From NCBI GenBank assembly GCA_031409655.1, contig JANNXQ010000212.1, forward strand, positions 1 to 38,864: a DNA stretch of 38,864 nucleotides, read 5' to 3'. The notes under the pieces are model-generated. The model was not told the origin of the DNA and made no database searches. It saw only the letters and a program-made list of their open reading frames with translations. The translations under genes were made by a program, and so were the position numbers. Shown here in pieces: positions 18,913-27,782 of this stretch (position 1 is the stretch's first letter; every line of letters begins with the position of its first letter). Source of the DNA: Chthoniobacteraceae bacterium (GTDB lineage: Bacteria > Verrucomicrobiota > Verrucomicrobiia > Chthoniobacterales > Chthoniobacteraceae).

Positions 18913-19109
18913 TCACGGGAGCTTGATCACGCGGTAGAAGTATCTCTCGAAGATGGCGGCTTCGGGGTCGCGGACATGCAGGACTCCGCCGGTGCCGGCA
19001 AGGTCTTCGAGCAGCACGGTCCAGATTTGCAGGTCGGCGCTGCCTTCCAGCCGATAGCGGGCTCCGGCCTCGGTCGGAAACTGGAATTCCGCGCCGCTCA
19101 CTCTTTGCG
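18913..19109 (-). pseudogene. Orphan C-terminal-domain copy A (no own start)
   Basis: Reads EFQFPTEAGARYRLEGSADLQIWTVLLEDLAGTGGVLHVRDPEAAIFERYFYRVIKLP*; homologous to the end of the giant gene at 20986-21171. Confidence 0.8.
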
Positions 19110-19117
19110 GCGGTGGT

Positions 19118-19465
19118 TCAGCGATGTGCGTTGAGAAATCGTTGTACCTCATCGTGCGTGCCCATCATGTGAAAGTAGAGGAGCGCGCGATAGGCGCTGA
19201 AGACCAGCCGCAAATGCAAACCATAACGGCATTCGTAAAGACCGCGCCCCAAGGCACGGATGCCGGTTCCTCTGTGCAGATGCGGGTGGCCAAAGCCAGC
19301 GCGAACATTTTCGATCAGTTCGCCAATCTCCTTCCGCTCATTCTTCGGCAGCGCTCGAAGTTCTTCGAGCAGATCGGGGTCGAGCTTAACCTCGAAGGGT
19401 GCTTTCGAGGTCTCCGGTGAAGGTGCGGGCTTTGCCGGTCGTGATCGCTTTTTTCGCTTTGGCAT
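19118..19465 (-). CDS. RelE/HigB-superfamily toxin (start uncertain)
   Basis: 'ELRALPKNERKEI...GIRALGRGLYECRYGLHLRLVF...GTHDEVQRFL'; overlaps the upstream antitoxin. Confidence 0.75.
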   Translation of the reverse strand: MPKRKKRSRPAKPAPSPETSKAPFEVKLDPDLLEELRALPKNERKEIGELIENVRAGFGHPHLHRGTGIRALGRGLYECRYGLHLRLVFSAYRALLYFHMMGTHDEVQRFLNAHR

Positions 19466-19664
19466 GAAGGTTTGCCGCGATGGTAGCCATCTCATCTCCT
19501 GTTATTCCGTACTCCATCCGCGCATAATCAGTCGCCGTGACTTCGACCGGACGCAACGCCACGATCCGGTCGCCGCACACGATTCCGATCTCCTGCCCAT
19601 CGAGTGCCTGCCGCAAGAGCGCAGGAAGCTTGGCTTGGGCTTGGGTGGGTGTGAGAGTATGCAT
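19386..19664 (-). CDS. Phd/YefM-like antitoxin
   Basis: 'MHTLTPTQAQAKLPALLRQALDGQEIGI....VALRPV' Phd-type N-terminus; directly upstream of the toxin. Confidence 0.78.
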   Translation of the reverse strand: MHTLTPTQAQAKLPALLRQALDGQEIGIVCGDRIVALRPVEVTATDYARMEYGITGDEMATIAANLHAKAKKAITTGKARTFTGDLESTLRG

Positions 19665-19739
19665 GGCATCCATCAAAGGCGGAAATGCGAGCAAAGCAAT
19701 CACGGCTTTCAGGGGAGGTCGCGGCAGCATGACAACATT

Positions 19740-19954
19740 GGTAGGGAAGGCTCGCCGAGCGTTCCCTGATTTTGTGGCGTGGGAAGGTGGAGGGGCGGTG
19801 CGGAGCTTGTGTGTTCGTCTCGCATCGCGCGATCGGGCAGTCGGAATTCCACCGCCCCGCCGCCGCTTTCTCGCCCGCCTCCCAGCCCCGATTCCCTTTC
19901 ACCACCCTCTCGGCTCACGCCAAGAGTGGAAACGCTCGGCGAGCCTTCCCTACC
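19740..19954. repeat. GTAG-type REP doublet (REPIN/MITE-like), copy 1
   Basis: 27-bp terminal inverted repeats GGTAGGGAAGGCTCGCCGAGCGTT(C/T)CC, each itself a hairpin; internal sequence related to copy 2. Confidence 0.88.
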
Positions 19955-20146
19955 GGTTTTGGATCACGCGGTAGAGGTAGCTCTCGAAGGTGGCGGCTTC
20001 GGGGTCGCGGACTTGGAGGACTCCGCCGGTGCCGGCGAGGTCTTCGAGCAGCACCGTCCAGGTTTGCAGGTCGGCGCTGCCTTCCAGCCGATAGCGGGCT
20101 CCGGCCTCGGTCGGAAACTGGAATTCCGCGCCGCTCGCTCTTTGCG
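19950..20146 (-). pseudogene. Orphan C-terminal-domain copy B
   Basis: 19962-20146 matches 18925-19109 with 9 mismatches in 185 bp (hand count); reads ...LQVRDPEAATFESYLYRVIQNR*, with the TAG supplied by the REP's GTAG. Confidence 0.85.
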
Positions 20147-20165
20147 CCAGCGACGAAACTAAGGC

Positions 20166-20420
20166 TCAGCGCTTAGCGACTTCGCTCTCCAGGCGCTCAA
20201 CGATCCAAACCTTGATCAAACTCTGCCGCGGAACACCGATTCGGCTCGCCTCAAAGTCCAGCGCATTCACGACCCACGTCGGGAACTCGACGCCGATGCT
20301 CTGCGGTTCGATTGCCGCCGGTACGGGTCGCGGATTAGAGAGGAAACCGGAAAGATCGGCGCCCGATTCGATGAGATCGTCCGTCAGGACCGGTTGCTCC
20401 TTACCTTTTGTTTTGCTCAT
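20166..20420 (-). CDS. brnA: BrnA/CopG-like antitoxin
   Basis: 'IESGADLS...IGVEFPTWVVNALDFEASRIGVPRQSLIKVWIVERL' ribbon-helix-helix; downstream of and overlapping brnT. Confidence 0.88.
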   Translation of the reverse strand: MSKTKGKEQPVLTDDLIESGADLSGFLSNPRPVPAAIEPQSIGVEFPTWVVNALDFEASRIGVPRQSLIKVWIVERLESEVAKR

Positions 20421-20673
20421 GGAATTCGATTTCTTTCGGGGTGGCTTTGCGGGCGCTGATCAGCCGAATCGCTGGTCCGGCGCGGTGCGTAAAGATGGCG
20501 ATGAATATCTCTCCTGCAAGCGGCGCGAGTCGCGCATAGCGGTATTCGCCGTTGACGATGCCCAAGTCAGCTTCGACGGCAGGAACGCTCCACATTCGTT
20601 GCGCAGCCTCGAAGCTTACACCGTGTTTTGCGATGTTGGTTTGGCTCTTGGCGGGATCGAACTCGAAATTCAC
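20401..20673 (-). CDS. brnT: BrnT family toxin
   Basis: 'FEFDPAKSQTNIAKHGVSFEAA...IFTHR...IRLISARKATPKE'; GTG start. Confidence 0.92.
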   Translation of the reverse strand: MNFEFDPAKSQTNIAKHGVSFEAAQRMWSVPAVEADLGIVNGEYRYARLAPLAGEIFIAIFTHRAGPAIRLISARKATPKEIEFHEQNKR

Positions 20674-20726
20674 GACGAGATTGGGGACGGCGAATGGCTC
20701 ACGGAAAAAGAACAATGGAATGGAAT

Positions 20727-20749
20727 GAGCGGCGATTTGCAATCGCCGA
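20727..20749. repeat. Single REP-like palindrome GGCGATTTGCAATCGCC
   Basis: Same palindrome family as 18740-18899 and 26010-26272. Confidence 0.75.
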
Positions 20750-20753
20750 ACGT

Positions 20754-20983
20754 GGTAGGGAAGACTCGCCGAACCGAGCGGAGCAAGATAACTTGCCAAA
20801 GGCAGCCCGAAGGGTGGGCGCGGAGGCGCCCAGCAACGTTCCCTGATCCTGCGGCATGGAAAAGTGGAGGGGCGGCGCGGAGCACGCCGGTACGATAAAT
20901 CGTTCGCGGAAGCGGGGACGAATTCCACCGCCCGCCGCTTTCACCCACGCCTTCGTGGGAACGCTCGGCGAGCCTTCCCTACC
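20754..20983. repeat. GTAG-type REP doublet, copy 2 (left arm interrupted by a 63-bp insert)
   Basis: Right arm is a perfect inverse of GGTAGGGAAGGCTCGCCGAGCGTTCCC; shares internal blocks GTGGAGGGGCGG.GCGGAGC and GAATTCCACCGCCC with copy 1. Confidence 0.88.
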
Positions 20984-20985
20984 TT

Positions 20986-23900
20986 TCATGGAAGTGTGAT
21001 GATGCGGTAGAAGTATTGGCGTGCGGTGTGGCGTTGGGGTCAGTCACTTGCCGGGGGGCCGCCGGTGCCTTCGATTTGGTCGAGGAGCACTTCCCACTGG
21101 CCGCTGGCGAGGTCGGGGGTGCCTTCGAGGCGGTAGTGGCGGCCGGCTTCGCTTTGGAATTGAAACTGCACACTGCCCGCCGCAGGCCCGGAGCTGGTCG
21201 CAGCGCTGCGCGTCAGGGCGCTCAGGCGCACCACGTTGTCCGCGCCGGGCGGGGTGGGGGCGGTGGGTGGATTGGGCGATGATCCGTTGCCACTCCCAAG
21301 CGCCGTCACGATGGCGGGGGACTTCGCGGGGGCAATCGGGGCGAGGGCGTCGGTTGGCAGGCCCCAGTCGTAGGTGCCGCCGATGGGCCCGACGATTTAA
21401 TCCACGCCCAGTTTCCCGTATTCGTTGAGGCCCCACGCCCAGAGGCTGCCGTCGGTTTGGCGCGCCACGGTGTGGTCGTAGGCGGCGGCGATTTCGGCCC
21501 AGCCGTTACCCGTGTCGATGCGCACCGGGCTGAGTTTCTCGCCTCCGGTGCCAACCCCCAATTGCCCGAAGTCATTGTTGCCCCACGCCCAGAGACTTCC
21601 GTCGGTCTTGCGCGCAACGGTGTGGTTGCTGCCCGCGGAAACCTCTGCCCAGTCGTTGCCCGTGCCAATGCGCACCGGGCTGAGCTTATCGTCAATGGTC
21701 CCATCGCCCAGCCGCCCGGACTCATTGTTGCCCCACGCCCAGAGGCTGCCATCTATCCTGCGCGCTACCGTGTGGGATTCGCCCGCCGCGGTCTCCGCCC
21801 AGTCGTTGCCCGTGCCGATGCGCACCGGGCTGAGCTTGCCGTCAGTGGTGCCATCTCCCAGTTGCCCGGAGAAATTGTTGCCCCACGCCCAGAGGCTGCC
21901 GTCGGTCTTGCGCGCAGCAGTGTGGCTTGTGCCCGCGGCGATCTCCCCCCAGTCGTTGCCTGCCCCGATGCGCACCGGGCTGAGCTTGCCGCCAGTCGTG
22001 CCATCTCCTAGTTGCCCAAAGCTATTGTCGCCCCAAGCCCAGAGACTGCCGTCGCTCTTGCGCGCCACGGTGTGGAATTCGCTGGCGGCGATCTCCACCC
22101 ATTCGTTACCCGTGCCGATGCGCACCGGGCTGAGTTCGGCGTCGGCATAAGCGCCATCGCCCAGTTCCCCGGAGCCCCAGGCCCAGAGGCTGCCGTCGGT
22201 CTTCAAGGCAAAGGTGTGAAAGTAGCCGGCGGCAATGGCCTTTGTAGTGGCACCAGATGCAAAGGGCGCGAGGGTCAGGATGCCTGCATCCACCAAGCCA
22301 CCAGGCACAGGGCTGAGACTCTTCGCCACCGCGACCAATCGCCCACCCCCTTCGATAAGCACCGCAGAAAGCGTCAAATTCCCCAGCGTCGTCGGCACAT
22401 TGGAAAAGCTGAAGCTGCCATCCGCCCCCACGACGGCGGACAGTTCCAGCCCCGCAATCGTGACCACCGCCCCGACGGCCGCAGAGCCATCCGGCCTGCG
22501 GAGAAAGCCGCCGACGGTGGTCAGCGAATCGCCTGGCACGGCGGTGATCCGAGCCACCGCAGTCGTGCCTTCGTTGACGGCGGTAATGTAGGCGATGCCG
22601 GGGCCGGTCGAGGTGACCCGTCCGTCGGCATCGACCGTGGCCACGCCGACGTTGCTAGTGCGATAGCTGGTCCAACTCGTGGCGGGAGTCACATCGCCGG
22701 TGGTCTGGTCCGCAAAGGTCGCGGTTACACGGGCCTGCGTGGCCTGGCCGAGCGCGCCCGTCAAAGTCGCCGCATCCGGCACCACCATCAGCATGTCCGG
22801 TTTCCGAGGCGGCATATCGGTGGAGGTTAGGTTTTCGATCGTGAAGGTGTTGCCCCTTCCAATTCGGAAGAACTCACTAAAGAAATATTGTGCTTTCCCA
22901 TCCACCGTTCTGACACCGATAAGACGAACAAAGTCGTCGCTGATGAAATCCGGGGGTGTTCCTGGTCCTCCAGCACCAAACTGGTCCGGCGCAGACACGT
23001 TAGCGAGATGGAAGCTACTCGAGCTAGCCGCTACCACAGCTTGCCCTCCTAAACTAATAGTCCATTCCGGGGAACCGTTCACATCAGCGAAGTCCTGTGG
23101 CACCGTTGCAATCTGACGAGCCGAAGGCTTCGGTTGGTATTTCAAGAAAAGTGCTGCGCGTTGCTCAGCATCGGCGTTGGTGTCAACGGCAGCTTGTTCG
23201 ACCTCTCGTGTCTTTTCGGCCTTGGCGTATGCTGCATTGAATGCAGCAACGGCGGCCGAACACGCTGTTTCAGTCGGGTAGCGCTTCCCGTCGATTTCCG
23301 CCGCCATGGCCGCCACTGTATCGTAAAAATTCCTGGCAACGGCGACATGTCTGTTCTCGTGGCCTGTTACAAACGCAATATCAGGAGCGTCCTTAATCCA
23401 ATCGGCGTACCACTTATCGTTCACTTCTCCACCGACTTTGGCGGCGGCAACTGTTTTCTTTTGGCCGGTGGCAGGATCACACTGGCAGGACGCCTCCTTA
23501 AACCAGAAGAATCTAGTTAGGCCGCAAAGGGACACCGGATTGAACACATGTTTTGGATAGATATCTATGTCCTTGAAGCTGCCAAACTCTTTCCCTACGA
23601 CACCGCTCGTTCCGTCAGCACATTTATCGCAATCACCGGTCACCGAGTACGGCGGGCAGTTGCAGCCCCAGCCCGAAACCCTCAGTCCCGCGCCGGGGTC
23701 GCTGAGGATGGTCGAGCCGTCATTGGTGACGTGGCCGCTGGCGAAGATTTCGAATTTCTCGGTGTCGTGATTGTAAGTGAGGAAGTAGGCGATGGCTCCG
23801 GCGGGCAGCCCGCTCATGTTGGGGTATTCGAGGGCGATCGGGGGATCGAAGGTGGCGCGGGCGGGTTGCAGGGTCCAGGCGAAGGGTGGGCTGGCGCCGT

Positions 23901-25996
23901 CGGGGATGGGCATCGGCACGGAGTCGGTGTGGACTTGGTTGAGGGAGACGATGGTGGTGTTGGTGGGAGTGACCAGGGTGCCGTCGGGCTTGCGCATGGA
24001 GTTGGCCTTGATGGTTATCTTCAGGCCGGCGATGCCTTCGCAGGTCAGGACCAGGTCGGTGGTGCCGTCGTAGAATTTCGTGTTATTCGGGTTGAGGCGC
24101 GGGAGCAGGACGGGGGTGGCCAGGGAGTTCTCGGCATTTGGGATGAGGGTGGGCGTGTAACTGAGGCCGGGAAACGAGTTGGGCTGGACGTAAACACCGC
24201 CGATGCTCGTGACGTTGAGGCCATTGACGGTGAAGTCCGCGACACCGCTCGGGATGCTCGCGACCGGGGGATCGAGCATGGCAGAGTCGAAACGAAAGCG
24301 GCCCTGCAGATCCCTGAGAGTCGTGAAGGTCTGCCCGCCGACGGTGAGGCTGCAGAAGGCGCCGCCGAGGGGCTGGCTGGTATTGTCGAGCACCAGGCCG
24401 GTGAAGGTGGTGGGTTTGGTTAGGTCGCGCACCACGCCGTAGGCTATGAAGGTGGCGGGTGAGCCGGTATTTCCGGTGAAGTTCGCCTCGATGGTGTTGT
24501 TGCCGGCGTCGGGGCCGAGGGTGAACTTAACCTCGGCGTGGCCGGTCGTGGAGGTGTTCACGGTCACTGAGTCGAGGCCGTTCACCTTGCCACCGCCCTC
24601 CGTGACGGTGAAGGTGACGTGGATGTTATTCGCGCCATTGCACGAGTCGCTGACCCAGGCGCGCAGGGACTCCGGGGCGGGGCCGCCGGCTTCGGCGCGC
24701 TGGTTGTTACCGGAGCCGATATTGATTTGCCGCGGGGGCGATGGGTTGGCTGAGGCGCAGAAGAAGGTGGTGCCGGCGATGTCCCGGCTGGTGACGCTCA
24801 CCCGGTTATTGCCGCAGCCGGCATCGCCGCCGAGGGTCCAGTAAGCGGCGGCGTAGCCATCGGCGTCAGTGGTGGCCTGGAGCAGGAGGCGACTTGGGTC
24901 GCCAAACTGCCCGGTGGCGGAGAGCCGGCCATCGCTGCGGGTGACATCGAAGGTGACGACTTTGCCGGGGAAGGCGGTGCCGTCGGGATTGGTGATGCGC
25001 ACGACGATGGGAGCGGCCAGCTTTTCGTGGACGCGCGCGGTCTGGCCGTCGCCGGAGATGAGGGTCATGCGCGGGCCGGTGATGGCCACGCGCGTGACGG
25101 TGATCTGCCTGTTCACCGAGTTGCCATTCACGTCCGTGGCCGTGGCAGTGATCGTGTTTGCCCCCCAAGGCCAGCGGCACGCCGCCGCGCTCGAAGGTGC
25201 CATTTTGCCCGATGCCGACGTTCACGTTCGCGACGAACGAGTTGGTAGTTGAGGGTTGAGAGTTGAGGGTTACAGACAGGCCCATGAAGCCGCTGAGCAT
25301 GTCGCCGACGCGGCCGGCGACGACGATCGCGTCATTGGTGAGCGTGGCGCCGTCCTGCGGGAAGTCGATGTAGAGCGAGGGCGCCTGGCCGTCCTGGATG
25401 AGGTCCGCCGGCACCGGCTCGCTGCGCCCGGCGGGTTTGAGCGCGGTGACGAAGAGCTTGTTGATCCGATTCAACTGCAAGGGGACCGCGATGCTGAAGG
25501 CACCGGTATCCGAGGCCGTGCCCGTGACGGTCGAAGTGCCGCCGACGATCTCGACCGTGACGCCCGCTTCGGCGGTGCCGGTGAGGGTGGCGCTCGTGGC
25601 CGGGGAAGGCGACGCCGGCGCGGCGACGGCGGGCGCCGTGGGCACCTTGGTGATGGTCCACTGCAAGACCGCGGGATCGAAGGGCACCGTGCGGTCGTGC
25701 GCGATGGTGATGGTGTCGGTGCTCGCGGTGCTGCCCTGCGCGGCGACATTGCCGATGGTGAGGGTGCCTTCGACGACGGTGGTGCGTGGCGAGGTACTTG
25801 TGCAGGTGGCGGTGACGCCCTTGGCGGTGGCCGTGCCGCTGTTGAGCACCGCGGCGCGCATCACGTACTCGAAGACGGTGCGGCTGATGCGGCGCTCGGA
25901 GAGCGTCTCGGGGGCGGTGACGGTGAGGGTCGGGCCTTGGGCAAAGGCCGGGACGGCCACGAGAAGGGCGAGGATGGCGAGGCGGCATGTTTTCAT
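20986..25996 (-). pseudogene. Giant secreted multidomain protein (Ig-like domains, HExxH segment, RCC1 repeats, 'FYR' C-terminal domain), disrupted
   Basis: Signal peptide MKTCRLAILALLVAVPAFA at 25996. +1 shift in the C6 run at 25161-66 joins ORFs 24866..26293 and 21397..25203. In-frame TAA at 21397-99 is followed by sense coding. Compensating indels near 21055 and 21020. Ends QYFYRIITLP*. Confidence 0.8.
21400..22240 (-). repeat. RCC1-like intragenic tandem repeats, 150-bp period
   Basis: CGCACCGGGCTGAG at 21521, 21671, 21821, 21971 and 22121; protein 'HTVARKTDGSLWAWGNN..GQLGDGT..KLSPVRIG'. Confidence 0.93.
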
Positions 25997-26009
25997 GGGC
26001 GGGGTGGAA

Positions 26010-26272
26010 TCAAGGAGCGGCGATTTGCAATCGCCGGGAGTGGGAGGAAATCCGGGGAGCACGCGCGTCTCGCGTGTTGGATTCGGCGTCCTCGCCGAAA
26101 CGGACTTCCGAGAGCGCACGAATTGGAGCAAGCGTTTCAACTGACTCGAACGCTTCAAGAAGTTCGTCGCGGCGGGACGCCGCGACCAACACGCGAGACG
26201 CCTATGCTCCCCGGATTCGTGCGAGCGCTGCGCGCTGCCTTGGGTCGGCGATTGCAAATCGCCGGTCCTTGA
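26010..26272. repeat. Nested REP-like inverted repeats (two families, one inside the other)
   Basis: Outer 27-bp IR TCAAGGA(G/C)CGGCGATTTGCAATCGCCG with 1 mismatch; inner 32-bp IR at 26049-80 and 26186-217 with 3 mismatches. Confidence 0.88.
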
Positions 26273-26306
26273 GTTTGCGCCTCGCGTTTTCATTCCACGG
26301 GAACGC

Positions 26307-26852
26307 TCACCGACCGGTGCGGCGTGGCCGACGGAGGGCGGCGAGTGCGGTGCCCGAGAGCATCAGGAGCGCCGTGGAGGGCTCGGGCACGGGCGCGGTC
26401 TTCCCCTGCGCAATCGGCGTGAAGCCCGAATCGTAGAGGAGGAACGGCTGCGCCCCCGGCACACCCGCGCCGAGCCAGACGGCGGTGACCTTGAACTCAT
26501 CCGTCAGCGAAGGTGGGGCGCGGAGGGCGAGGGCGTCGTACAGCCCATTCGAGGAGAGTGCGAGATCGGGCTGGAGAGTGAGCACGTTCCAGTCGGCATT
26601 CACGAGTGGCGGCGGGTTTTGGAGTTTGGTGAAGAGCGCGCGGTCGAAGGTGATGGTGACGCCTTCGCCCGCGCCAAAGGTGAAGTCGCTGACGCGATAC
26701 TTGTAGAGCCACAAATCCTCGCCCAACGTGGTGTCCGCCAAATCGGTGGGGGTGAAGGTGATCGTAGCGGCGCCTGCCACCGCCGGGAGAAGGAAGAGCG
26801 CCGCCAACGCAGCAATCCGCTGTCGTGAGTTGGTCGTCCGGGAGGGATTCAT
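26307..26852 (-). CDS. PEP-CTERM sorting domain protein
   Basis: Signal peptide; C-terminal 'VPEPSTALLMLSGTALAALRRPRR'. Confidence 0.93.
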   Translation of the reverse strand: MNPSRTTNSRQRIAALAALFLLPAVAGAATITFTPTDLADTTLGEDLWLYKYRVSDFTFGAGEGVTITFDRALFTKLQNPPPLVNADWNVLTLQPDLALSSNGLYDALALRAPPSLTDEFKVTAVWLGAGVPGAQPFLLYDSGFTPIAQGKTAPVPEPSTALLMLSGTALAALRRPRRTGR

Positions 26853-27011
26853 TGGAGGTATCCGAGTTTCTACTTCCGCAGTTCGCTCTCATTTGCCTTT
26901 CCAGACGGTCTTTCGGTCAAAGACGTAGTTCGCTGGGTTTCTAAACACTGCTGCGAAGGCACGGCCTGCGCGAGCACGGGTGAAAAACCGGCCGCCGATT
27001 CCGGCGCGTCC

Positions 27012-27593
27012 CTACGGCTGACTGAGTGCTTCCTCGACGACGTGCTGGAGAGCCGCAGCCTCCGCGGAACCCTTCGCAATTTCCCCTCCGGGATGCACGT
27101 GCCGGATGACTCCGCGGCGGTCGATGACGAAGGTCACCGAGGTCCACGCGCGCTCGCGGCCGTCGAGCCACCATTTCCGCAGCGTCTTCCAGTCTGCATC
27201 GATCGCTACGGGGAACTCGATGCCGAGGCGCTGCCGTTGCGCGACGACGTGGGCGCGGGTGAGTGGGTCGGAGGACTTGTGGTGATACATCCCGAGCACC
27301 ACGAGTCCGTCGGCCCGGTGCGCGCGCCAAAGCTCATCGAGCACCGGCACCGTCCCGGCGCAATAGGGACAACCCGGTGCCGTCCACCAACGCACGACGA
27401 CGACCTTCCCGCGCAATCCCGCCAGGGTCATGGGCTCCGCACCGATCCAATCGTTGACCGTCCACTCCGGCGCCGGCGTGCCGATGAGATCGCGGTCCCG
27501 GCCATGGACTTCCTGGAAAGTGATCACGACGGAGACGACGAAGGCGATGACTCGCAGGACGCTGACGGGGAGTTGGAAAATGCGCGCGGGCAT
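27012..27593 (-). CDS. TlpA/AhpC-TSA-like exported thioredoxin-fold protein
   Basis: 'LIGTPAPEW..LAGLRGKVVVVRWW...CPYC', 'FPVAID', 'TFVIDRRGVIRH'. Confidence 0.85.
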   Translation of the reverse strand: MPARIFQLPVSVLRVIAFVVSVVITFQEVHGRDRDLIGTPAPEWTVNDWIGAEPMTLAGLRGKVVVVRWWTAPGCPYCAGTVPVLDELWRAHRADGLVVLGMYHHKSSDPLTRAHVVAQRQRLGIEFPVAIDADWKTLRKWWLDGRERAWTSVTFVIDRRGVIRHVHPGGEIAKGSAEAAALQHVVEEALSQP

Positions 27594-27655
27594 CGTGGGG
27601 AAGAGTGACCCGGGATGAGCGCGGATGAAAGTCCTGGGTGGTCGGTCGGTGTGAA

Positions 27656-27707
27656 TTGTAGGGCCGGCGCTCCGCCGGCCTCGGCAACCGGAGCGGTTGC
27701 CCGACAA
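27656..27707. repeat. Compact GTAG-type REP pair
   Basis: TTGTAGGGCCGGCGCTCCGCCGGCC followed by inverted GGCAACCGGAGCGGTTGCCCGACAA; each half is a hairpin. Confidence 0.7.
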
Positions 27708-27782
27708 CGATCCCCCACCCTTCGCACCCAACCGGGATTTTCGTTCTTTCTAAGCATCCCGGCGCTTCCGCATTCTCTCGGC

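Noticed and set aside
18913..20983. Integron cassette array
   Set aside because: No RYYYAAC...GTTRRRY attC structure follows the TA genes and no integrase is present; the repeated spacers are coding-derived DNA plus REP hairpins.
25997..26293. N-terminal extension of ORF 24866..26293
   Set aside because: It is a read-through of the nested inverted repeats; the signal peptide starts at 25996.
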